A stretch of 64,000 nt of DNA from Gracilinanus agilis (lineage: Eukaryota): positions 135,360,539-135,424,538 of the forward strand of contig NC_058130.1 in the NCBI RefSeq assembly GCF_016433145.1, given 5' to 3'. How positions within the stretch are numbered: position 1 is the first letter of the stretch; the number at the start of each line of letters is the position of its first letter. Below, piece after piece: positions 34,746 to 64,000 of this stretch. The notes beneath the pieces are model-generated. The model made no database searches, had not been told where the DNA came from, and was given only the letters and a program-made list of their open reading frames with translations. Position numbers and translations under genes: made by a program.

Positions 34746-35999
34746 GGAGACACAGTGGATTTCCAGGAGCTGCTCTGAGAACTTCCTGTGAATCTTTATT
34801 TTTTATACCTTCCTCTCACAGTCACACAAATGCTGGGAAAATTTACATTTCAAACCCAAAACAGGAGAGCTCAAGGTATACCAGTTACATAAGAGTTGGC
34901 ACCCGAAATGTATTTCTACATATAGATTATACCTAGTCTAAACAGTCTTCAAGGCTACCAAAACCTTACTTTAAGTTTTATTTTAATAAAAAGAACCTTC
35001 AACACATTTCAAAAGTGGATTAAAGTGTGAGAACATTTAAGTTCCTGGGGTTAAACTTATCGTGAGAAAGCCATCTAACGAGGGTATTTTATTTTGAAAT
35101 ACCATGCTGTATCCTTCAGACTCTTGAGACAAAGAAAGAAAAAAATTAAAGCAGCTTCTGCTATTTTACTGAGGGTATGAACTATTAACTCATTAATGCT
35201 GGTTTAGTATAGAGTAATTAGGGGATTTCTATAAGGCTTGGGGCTATCATAAAGATATAGATTATAATAATTTCAATAATAAAAAGTGTGGGTCAGAAGA
35301 GAGTCACCCAGAGGGGTCTGATTGGGTTATCCATCCATCCTGTGGCCCGATTTTCAGACAATAGGGATCAATGCAGGGCTCTGCCATTTGCATTGACTTG
35401 ATGAACCCTGATGGAGACCCTTATTTCTTTGGGGGGCTCTCGACAGAGACCCATCTCTCAATCCACTGAGTTACTTAGCTGCCCCTGACAGCCCCTTCAT
35501 TGTACTCAATCTCATCTGCTCCTCTTTTCTCTAGCAGATCAAATCTTAAGTTATCCTCTTATCTCCAACCTCTCCTTGTCAACTACTTCCATCCCTACTT
35601 CCTTCAAACATTCCCAGTATCTTTCCTCTTAAAGATGAAATTCTTTACTATATCCCACTATCCCCTCAAGCTATGGCCCTATATCTCTTCCCTTTCCCAG
35701 CCAAACTCTATACCACTTAGCTGCTCCAGTACCCTAATGAAAGATCAAGAATAAATTAAGGAGGCATGAAGCACAGGGAAATACAAATTATGATAAAGGA
35801 ATTCCAGAATTATTGAACATGGAAATATGTAAGTATTGGGGAGATCAAATGTGTGGTCATTTTTGTGGCTGAGATGGTCTGGAGGAATATGCCATGCCAT
35901 TTAAGATAGAAGAACTGGGAGGTTATGGAATTTGAAAAAACATCAATGTGTATTTTGAAGTCTGTTGGTATGAAGACTTCAGTTGAAGATACAGATGAA

Positions 36000-36530
36000 T
36001 ATAAGCCAGTTTCTGAGGAGGGAGAATGAGATGGTACATAACACCTATTGGGATCTGGATTGAGTGAGAGACTTAAATAGAATGATCTTCAAAATGTGAG
36101 AGGTTGCTGATTGATGGTGGCTAAAGGAGAAGTCTGAAATTGGCAGGGGAGAACAAGGAAATTTCGTGAGAGTAAGGGGAGACAAAGTATAATCAGTGCC
36201 ATAGGAGGGGAAAGCAACATCACCCCCCAAGAGAAGAGATCTTTGAGGGAGGTGGAAGAAGAGGTCCAAAATGAAGGGAAGCTTCATGATGGTATTATGG
36301 TGGGGTGAACAAAACTTGAGTGAGGCATGGAAAGGGGCAGAATAGGAAGAGGATGAGAAAATGGGATTAAAAGAACAGGGCCTGGAATAGAACTTTGGGA
36401 AATATCCAGCCACAGGACAGGATGTGTGATGATGAGCTAGCAAAGGCGACTGGAGGAGCAGACAATCAGGTAGGAAAACCAGAAGAAAGTGGTAGGAAAA
36501 TTCTAATGTAGAGAGAGTGGTTAACAGGCT
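36000..36530 (-). mobile_element. L2-like LINE fragment
   Basis: purine-rich on +, 'ggtaggaaaaccagaagaaagtgg', 'gagagagtggttaacagg..caaatgc'; boundaries approximate. Confidence 0.5.
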
Positions 36531-37019
36531 CAAATGCTAAGGTGGTGGGATGGTACCCTTGGACATCACCAGGGGAAAAAGTTCGCAGACCATAAATGGT
36601 AAGAGCCTGTGATGTGGATGGGACATGAGAGGGTTCAAGGCCTGGCCTCTGCCCTTGGGCTCTCGATTCCTATTCGGAGTAGCCGGTATTTAAAAGTGTT
36701 TTTTTGTTAGTTGGCAGTTACTTTCTCGGCAGCAAACTCAGGAGTTGCAAAGAGTTCCTTATCAATAGGTTTAGAGTTGTTAAAAACCATAGAAATAATT
36801 TCCTTCAAATCCTTTAGTATACGGGTGAGAAAAGTCACAGATTGGTGATGTGCTTTGCGAGAAATTACAATGTAGCAACAAAGCTGAGATTTGAATCCAT
36901 ATCCCTAGAAGAGGTTGGTGGGGGTTACCACTCTTGTTTGATTGAGGAAACAGGCTGAGAAAAGGCAAAGCGATTTTACCCACAGTCAACAAGCATTTAT
37001 TAATCGTCTACTATGTGCC

Positions 37020-38200
37020 AGGCATTGTGTCGCGGGGAGGGAGGTTGAAGTCGGGGGAGAGGCAGGAGCGGGGTCACAGTCCATTTTTAGGACCACACGA
37101 AACTATGGACAAACTAGGTGTAGACAGATTAAATGGACCGCGATCGATCACTGGAGTGAGGGGAGGCCCCCAGCAGAAGGCGGGCCTGTAGCGGTGATCT
37201 GAGGGCAACCCTTGTGCCCCACTTTCTAGTCGACGCACCTTAACCTTTGGGGGGGGGAGGGGGAGTGGGGAGGCAAGGAGGGAGCCAGTGACACCCGGCT
37301 TGGGCTTTCCAGGGCCTAGTTTCTAAATTCGCTGACCGGGAAAAGAAACCCGTTTCTAGGTCCAATGCGCTTGCCAACCTAAGTTGGCGGGCTCCACGAG
37401 ACGCTGGGCGCGGCCTCTTTAAGAGGGATCCGCCTTTTCCTTCCTCCCCCTGTGCGTGCGCGTGCCTGCAGGCTCCCGCCGATGCCGCCATCATGATCTG
37501 CCTGGTGCTGACCATCTTTGCCAACATCTTTCCCTCAGGCAAGTGGGGACGGGGCGGGGCGAGGGGGCCGAGGCGAGGCGGAGCTGGGGGGGGGGGGGGT
37601 GTGCTCCCTGGGGCCTCTGACGCCGCTTCTTTACGTGCCGTTTTCACCCCTCTTCCCCCCGCAGCCTGGACCGGCCTGAATGAGCGGACCTTTCTGGCTA
37701 TCAAACCCGATGGTTTCCAGCGGCGCCTCGTGGGCGAGATCATACGGCGCTTCGAAAAGAAGGGCTTCAAGTTGGTGGGGCTGAAGCTGGTGCAGGTGAG
37801 CTCTGCGGGCTCAGGTCCTTCTCTTCGCCCAAGGCCCCACGCTTCTGCCCCTCCCCCCGCCCCAGGCCGCCCCCAGGAGGTTGTGCCGGGATCCTGCGCC
37901 TTTGGGCTGAGCCTCTTCTGTCCACAGGCCTCTGAGGACCTGCTGCGGGAGCACTATTCGGCGCTGCGGGACCGGCCTTTCTACAGTCGCCTAGTCAAGT
38001 ACATGAGCTCCGGCCCCGTGGTTGCCATGGTGAGGACGGCCGGGCGGGGGTGGGACCGAGCGCGTGGTAGCGGCGGCGGCGGCGTAGGCTGCGGCGCCAG
38101 CCCCTTTGGCGCGGTTGTGGATGGTCCCTTCTGGGGACGTCGGTAACCGGAGCCCTCGGGCTGTTCTTTCTGGAAGGTGTGGCAGGGACTGGATGTAGTG
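37020..38200 (+). promoter_or_regulatory. NME3 CpG island / promoter
   Basis: CpG-rich sequence covering the upstream region and exons 1-3; NRF1-like TGCGTGCGCG near 37453. Confidence 0.8.
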
Positions 38201-38567
38201 CGCTCTTCTCGGGCGCTCATCGGGGCCACCAACCCTGCTGACTCTGCACCCGGCACCATCCGTGGAGATTTCTGTATTGAAGTGGGCAAGTAAGACCCCA
38301 TGCCGCTGCTTTGCATGTCTTTGTGCTCCCTGTATCATCCCCAAGCAGGGACATCGGGCCGTCTCCCGCCTCCTCGACGAATCCTCTCATATGGTGGCTT
38401 CTCCCCTGTTGCCTGTCTCTGTAGTACCTGCCTTCTTCTCTCTTGACAGAAACGTCATTCATGGCAGCGATTCTGTGGACAGTGCCCGCCGGGAGATTGC
38501 CCTTTGGTTCCATGCGGATGAGCTGCTGTGCTGGGAAGACAGCGCCGACCGGTGGCTCTATGAGTAG
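37493..38567 (+). CDS. NME3: nucleoside diphosphate kinase 3 (169 aa), N-terminal hydrophobic mitochondrial outer membrane anchor
   Basis: exons 37493-37538, 37665-37795, 37928-38029, 38177-38289, 38450-38567; 510 nt; intron 1 [39 protein letters not shown]..catalytic [12 protein letters not shown]. Confidence 0.97.
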
Positions 38568-39319
38568 TTTGGCTCTGCCTCGGGTAGGGGGGGCTGCTAG
38601 GGAGCTTCCTTGGGGTAAGCCTGGGAAGAGAGGGGCTTTACTTTCACATCTGAATTCCCCTCCAGGTCCATGATGAAATCCATTCCTTGTCTTAAGCCCC
38701 TACTTTGCAAATGGAGGTCTGAATCGAGTATTCTGTAGGAAATTTTTCTCCAGGCTGGGCCCTGGATTGCTTTGCTACACACAAGAACCTCTGGGTAGGT
38801 GGCAAGGAGGGGTAGAGGCTCTCCTGGTGTTTGGCCTGGGAATGAGGAGAACCTTAGACCTGAGAGCTAGGTCTTCTCAGGGGACCAAGGCATGCCATAT
38901 TTGACTGATTTCATCATCCTTTGGGAGATGGGGACCAGATATTTTTGGCAAAATTGATAATTGGGTGATACCCTCCATATACCTTGTTCTAACAGGTCTA
39001 TGTGGTCTTTGTAAATAATGGGTCATTTAGCAGTCAGTGTGGCCAGAATATTGCTTTGATGTTGAAGGAGGCCCCCCTCCACTCCAACCCAATGCCTTTG
39101 GAGAACATTCCCTGAGCCTGGCTGGGCTAGCCACTTAGGGTAGCCAGGTGTAAGCTGAGTCTGAGGAAGCACAGTGACATGCCAGACAGAATCCTCCAGC
39201 TTTTTGGTGGCCAGGTTGGGACCTGAATTGAATCCTCTTCCCTTTGAGCTGCAGCCCTTCTCCCTCCCTAGGACAGGATGTTTATGGCATAAAGGAAATG
39301 CAACAGCTTTTAAAAAAAT

Positions 39320-39325
39320 AATAAA
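39320..39325 (+). terminator. NME3: candidate NME3 polyadenylation signal
   Basis: first AATAAA I found after the stop. Confidence 0.5.
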
Positions 39326-39485
39326 TTCTGTAAAACCCTTTTCTTGTCTCTTACTTTGGGTCCAGGCATTATTATGGAGATCAGCTAAAATGAAATAAGA
39401 GTACATGGAAGCATATGGGATGTTTCCAGTAAGTAAACAGACAGGTAGCCTGGGTTAAAGAAGGCATCGGGAATGATTTAACACG

Positions 39486-39491
39486 TTTATT
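39486..39491 (-). terminator. MAPK8IP3: probable MAPK8IP3 polyadenylation signal
   Basis: minus strand 'ctgtatgtAATAAAcgtgtt' about 1.8 kb after the stop; a proximal alternative lies at 40269-40274. Confidence 0.6.
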
Positions 39492-41281
39492 ACATACAGA
39501 ACAGGTACATGGTTCAGTTGCAGGGCCAAAGCCTGGGGAGAGTATTCCTATAGCCCTCTCTTTACAAGGACACAAGTCTCAGTGCTAACTGTGCAGTGTT
39601 CAGGCCTTCAAAGACACTTGGAAATCCTTTTGTAACATATAATGAACTTTACATACATCACAGTGGAAAGATGGCAGGGAGAAGTGGAGAAGCCAATTAG
39701 CTTTCACCTTTTGTTGCATGACTGAGGGGAAGGGATGGGCTCTAGACCTGGGGCTGCCCTCAATAGTGTGCTTCTTTTAAGAGGACTGTGGGGCTGGAGG
39801 GGAATGCTAAGCTGCCCAGGGCAGGAAGGAAAGGAAATCAGCAGCTAGGAGTCTTGTAAAAAAACTCACTCCTTTATCCCCAGGAGATTTAAGTAGCAAC
39901 TACAGTCTGGGGGGAGACATAAGTAAGGCCAATATAACTCTGATCATCCCCCAGGACTGGTGGCTGCTGAAGCACAGTCTGTGTGAAACTACTATTTGAT
40001 TTGGTGGGCTGCGTGGCACCAGGGTTGGGAGCCAAACCTCTTCCCAGCAGAGCAGTTTCCTTAGAACCATCTTCTTTCCCTCACCACTCAGGGGCCTGGG
40101 CCCAAGATGGCTCCTTTTCCTCTCTCCCAGCAGCAGGCATCTGCTTCTAGGACAGCAAACCTCCCAGGCCAACCCTAGGCACTTAATAATGTGGCCAGGG
40201 AGCTCAGACTCTACAGGCATTCCTGCTCTGGGAGGACATCTTTACACAGCACCTGGGCACACTATGCTTTTATTGCCTTTGGAGATTCAAGGCAAGAGGC
40301 TGACCCCTGAGAGACACACAGTCCAGGAGTGGTGGCTCCCTTGTACCTTCTGAAATTCTAGGAGGGGTGAGGAAGCTCAAGGAGAGGGGGGCAATGCTGA
40401 GCCTGGACAGTGCAGTAAAGCTGAAGGAGCTGGTCAGGGAGGAGGGACAAGGGCTGGCATAACTCCGGCCAGAATGCAGGTCACCTCATGCTCAGTGGCC
40501 TGGGGGAGGGGGGATGAGACCCAGGCTCACCAGGTGAGTCTGGCCAAATGCTCTAAGGCTGACATCACCTCTGTGGAGGACATGGGTCCCAAGCCCTAGG
40601 AGTGACAGATTGGAATTCTTGGTAAGTATGACTACCAAATGCCCCTTAAGGCAGTACTGATCCTCTCCTAGGCTGTTCCTCTTGGCAAAGGCCAGAAGCC
40701 TAGGCCCCTAACATGCAGAGAAATTCTAAGTGGAAGGGGTAGGACCAAGCAGGGTTCTCCCCATTATAACTCTTGGCATCAAGGGAACAAAATTCTTAGT
40801 AGGAAATAGAGGGGAAGGCTCCAAGTGGGAGAATTGATTGGCATACCCTCCCCCAGCTGCCCAAAAGCGTGGCTTGGTGGGCACAGGCCCAGACAAAAAT
40901 GTGTTCCCATCAGCCCCCTGGGCCATCTGCTCTTCAGGCTAGAACCCAGTGCCCTACTCATGCAATAGTCTGCCACAGGCTTCTGGCTCCTCCACTGGCC
41001 TAAAGCCCAGGCTGGCCTCCAGGATCCTACTGCCCCCCATCCAATTGTCTCCACTCCCCCTTTCCTTTGGCCAAGTCTTCCATATCCTCCCTGCCCACTT
41101 GAGAAGCCTCCGGTCCTATGGTGAAAGCTGCAAATTGAGAGGTTAGAAAAAGGGCAGGCAGGTGCTTCAGCCACCTGGAGGGGCTGATGGCATCCCTGGT
41201 GGTGAGAGGAGGGCAGGAGTTCTGTATGTACACCTTGGCGTTCAGGCAGGAGGGGAGGGGTGGCCGGTGGGCAGCAGGCTC

Positions 41282-60865
<19,584 letters not shown>

Positions 60866-61369
60866 CTATGGGCCATGTCCAGCGAAGCACAGAGACACAA
60901 GGGGAAAAGGAAGTGACAAAAAGGTCAATCGGTGACTGAAACCAACAAAATAAAAAGTTTTTGTTAAAGAAAAATTAACAATGACTCAGCCATTTCAATG
61001 GTAGAGGGCATGAAGAGTAAGGAAAAGGACTGACTGGTCCATTTTGGTGGCATAAGGCTACCTAGGCCAGAAATACAAAGGTAAAGGTCCTACAGGTAAA
61101 TCCAGAACCAATTGTGGCTTCAGTAATCCGAAAGCTAGGTTTTCAAGTAACACCAGAGGAAGTTAGTTGTTCAGCTTCTTGCTTGTATTAATTCTGCTCT
61201 CACTTCCCTCTGATTTCCTCTGACCACCAACCAAGGGGTTCTACAAACTAGCTTTATGAAAATAAACCTGTCCTCTCATGACCTGTGTAAAGTTCTAGGA
61301 GGCAGTTTTTTCACCTAGCACTGCTGAGGTTTGGAGCCTTCTATAAGGGTGAGAAAGTAGCATAATACC

Positions 61370-61520
61370 GAGGAAAGCGCACTGGCTCTACAATCAAAGA
61401 CCTGCCACTACTGTCATCTATCTGACTAACTTTGGGCAAGTCGCTGGATCTCTCTGGGCCTCAGTTTCCTTATTTGTAAAATGAGGTTGGATTAGATGGT
61501 TACTAAATGTCCCTTCAAAC
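61370..61520 (+). mobile_element. MIR-type CORE SINE
   Basis: 'gggcaagtcgctggatctctctgggcctcagtttccttatttgtaaaatgagg'. Confidence 0.75.
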
Positions 61521-62352
61521 TCTACATCTGTGCTTTTTATTATGATGAAAAATCAGTGACTTACCAATAATATTTGTTAATCCACTTCCTCTTCATTTGA
61601 AATATAAAGAACTCAAGAAATACAGGCAAAATCTCAATTTGAAGTGAGTGGAAGAGAAACTCCTACCCTACACTTGCTAACATTTGTCCCCCAGTTTTAA
61701 ATAAAGAAAAACTGGGGAGACAATAGTTGGGGGATATAGAGGTGGGCTGGGGTATAATGTAAGTATTTATTTGGGAGGGAGATAAAGAAGAATCCCATAA
61801 TTTTAGGACTGGAAGGGACCTTAGAAATCATCTGGTCCAATTTCTGGAGTAGTGTTGAAAGACCAGCTACAGGAAGAGAGGAGTTTGGAGTTACTGCTTA
61901 TACTTTTTCTCTGAATAGTTAGGCTCAAAAACAAAACAAAACAAAATAAAAAACCATAAAGATCTCTTTGCATCTTCCCACATGAGAAGAGAAAGGTCAT
62001 TTCTATGGAAGGGTTTGATTCATACAGGCTTTCCCCTCATTAACTCTCCTTCCTAGGAGGCATGGACTTGACAAATGTCTTTACTTTTCATCTCTTAAGT
62101 TCATAGACATTTAAATGACAAACAAAAAAGAGATGTGGAGCAACCTAAGATCAAAGTAGGTACAAATAAAGCCACTTTCCTTATTTCTCACATGAAAGAT
62201 TCAGCAAGAGAGGGAAAATGATAAAGAAAATTCAAGCCTGGAGAAGATGTTTTTTCCATCATGCCAGTTAAAATTAGCAAGTACTTACTAGGCACATACT
62301 AGAGAAGGTACCCACAGAACACACTGCTGGGTGCTATGAAGGCATAGGGAAG

Positions 62353-62544
62353 GGGGTGGCTAGGTGGCTCAGTGGATTGAGAGCCAGACCTAGAGACGGC
62401 AGGTCCTAGTTCAAATATGGCCATGTGTGTGACCCCGGGCAAGTCACTTAACCCCCACTGCCTAGCCCTTACCACTCCTGCCTTAGAACCAGTATATACA
62501 GTGCTGATTCTAAGATGGAATGTAAGGGTTAAAAAAAAAAAAAA
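62353..62544 (+). mobile_element. SINE1_Mdo-like SINE with internal deletion
   Basis: head GGGGTGGCTAGGTGGCTCAGTGGATTGAG, poly(A); TSD ATAGGGAAG at 62344-62352 and 62548-62556. Confidence 0.88.
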
Positions 62545-63213
62545 GCGATAGGGAAGCCAAGGTGCTTATCCTCAAGAAGCTTATTAGATTAATAACATGA
62601 AAAAAGAAGAAAAAACATTTAATTGGTAAACTGTATTATATAGTGTAAATGACAAAGTATTTGAGAGATGGAAGAGACCAATTTTAGCTAGTAGTCATAA
62701 AGGTTTCATGGAGGAGGCAGGAACTTATAATGGAATTTCAAATGATCCATGATATCATGAATATCCTCCTAGAATGACTCCTACCCCCAACCCCCAGATT
62801 CTGTCTACTCAAATCCTGCTCATTCTTCAAAGTCCAGCTCAAATGACATCTTTTCCATGATTCCTCCAGCCATGAGTGATTTCACCTCTCTGATCTTTCA
62901 CCATGTTCAGAGTATTCTGTACCTGTTCCTTATTATCTCATTTAGCTGTGTATCAGATAAGATTTACTTTGGAGGAATGTCAAATCTGTTCTAAATAATA
63001 GGTAAGTGACAGTTAAGGGGCTACAGTAAGCCATGCATGCATGACTAAGAAATGATATGGTATTTGAGTTTGTATTTTTGTGGTTTATCAAAGCATACAT
63101 AAAAGTTCTTTGCCAAGATCTGACTACCCTGATCTTTGCTTACTCTTTAAATCCCAGAATCTGTTCTCTTTTTGTTCTCTTCACTCCTCTGTGATCTTGG
63201 AGTTCCTCTAGAA

Positions 63214-63404
63214 CAGTGGTTCCCAAACTTTTTTGGCCTACCGCCCCCTTTCCAGAAAAAATATTACTTAGCCCCCTGGAAATTAATCTTTAAAATTTTA
63301 ATAGCAATTAATAGTAAAGATAAATGCACCTGTGGCCATCACTGCCTCACTGGATTGCTGCAGCACCCACCAGGGGGCGGTAGCACCCACTTTGGGAATC
63401 ACTG
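63214..63404. mobile_element. non-autonomous hAT (Charlie-type) MITE, same family as 10636
   Basis: TIRs CAGTGGTTCCCAAA / TTTGGGAATCACTG; perfect 8-bp TSD CTCTAGAA at 63206-63213 and 63405-63412. Confidence 0.93.
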
Positions 63405-64000
63405 CTCTAGAATAATTTGTCCAGCTCTAGATTGTAGAAGGGATAATCATGCCCCAGTAAGGTGTGAATATGGAAGAATGACTGCTGAAGACTATATATA
63501 GTGCCCTACACAGATACCACTGTATGCCAATTTCAAATATCTCTAACAAAATGCAATTTTACTGACCTAAAGGAATTCTAAGAAACACAAGAAGCAAGTC
63601 AAAACGAATTGAAGGGAGAGAGCAACTTGTCTCAAAACTGAAGCTTTTCCAAAAAGGTTTCCCCAACTAACTCTAATCATGTGGATCCCCTATGTATTTA
63701 TATGCTCAACAGGTTAGAAACTTGTTCTTAAATCCTTTCATATGTTATCTTCCCATTCATGCCGTAAGCCAAATGGGGTTGAAACCACGTTTTCTCTCTT
63801 TTCTGTCCCTCCAAAGTACCTGACATAATTTTCTATGGAGAATAGGCAACTTAAGATGTCACAGGTAAGATTACAGATTGATTGGCTGACTGACTAGTTA
63901 GGGTTTCATTTCTTTATTGTTAGAGGAACATATTAAAGTCAATGTTGCCTAAAACTGAACTCATTATCTCCCCTAAGAAATCCCACATTTTTGTCAAAGA

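Noticed and set aside
34780-35490. Possible further LTR
   Set aside because: No clear TG...CA ends or TSD. Only the SINE head at about 35454-35485 is recognisable.
37418-37451. TATA-like TTTAAGA plus a 5' TOP-like pyrimidine tract for NME3
   Set aside because: The spacing is too short for a canonical TATA-to-TSS distance and the TSS is unknown.
60900-64000. Next upstream MAPK8IP3 exon (...GADLL) and, at the other end of the window, NUBP2 exon 2
   Set aside because: I searched by eye and found neither. Both are presumed to lie outside the window.

Overview
Mammalian genomic DNA, very likely a didelphid marsupial (opossum-like), judged from the SINE1_Mdo/MAR1-type SINEs and marsupial-type L1 3' ends. 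The window is the orthologue of the human 16p13.3 cluster in reverse orientation: NUBP2 exon 1 (-), SPSB3 (+), EME2 (-), MRPS34 (+), NME3 (+) and the 3' 24 exons of MAPK8IP3/JIP3 (-). I traced the exons by hand. Every junction has AG/GT ends (one GC) and consistent reading phase, and the translations match my recollection of the human proteins. There are two CpG-island bidirectional promoters (NUBP2/SPSB3, EME2/MRPS34) and two tail-to-tail gene pairs. The rest is interspersed repeats (SINEs, L1, L2, LTR/ERV, hAT MITEs). I found no clearly new multi-gene system. The best leads, all untested hypotheses, concern RNA processing and genome history: (1) an MRPS34 exon junction that recreates its own 5' splice site and is in phase with NME3 exon 2; (2) NME3 with a GC donor and two stop-free 3n introns; (3) tandem 12-nt and 18-nt MAPK8IP3 microexons; (4) a decayed local duplicate of a MAPK8IP3 exon end; (5) a tRNA-Met-like sequence trapped inside a fold-back LTR rearrangement. 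Repeat boundaries without TSDs are approximate, and repeat family names are from recall, not from a search.
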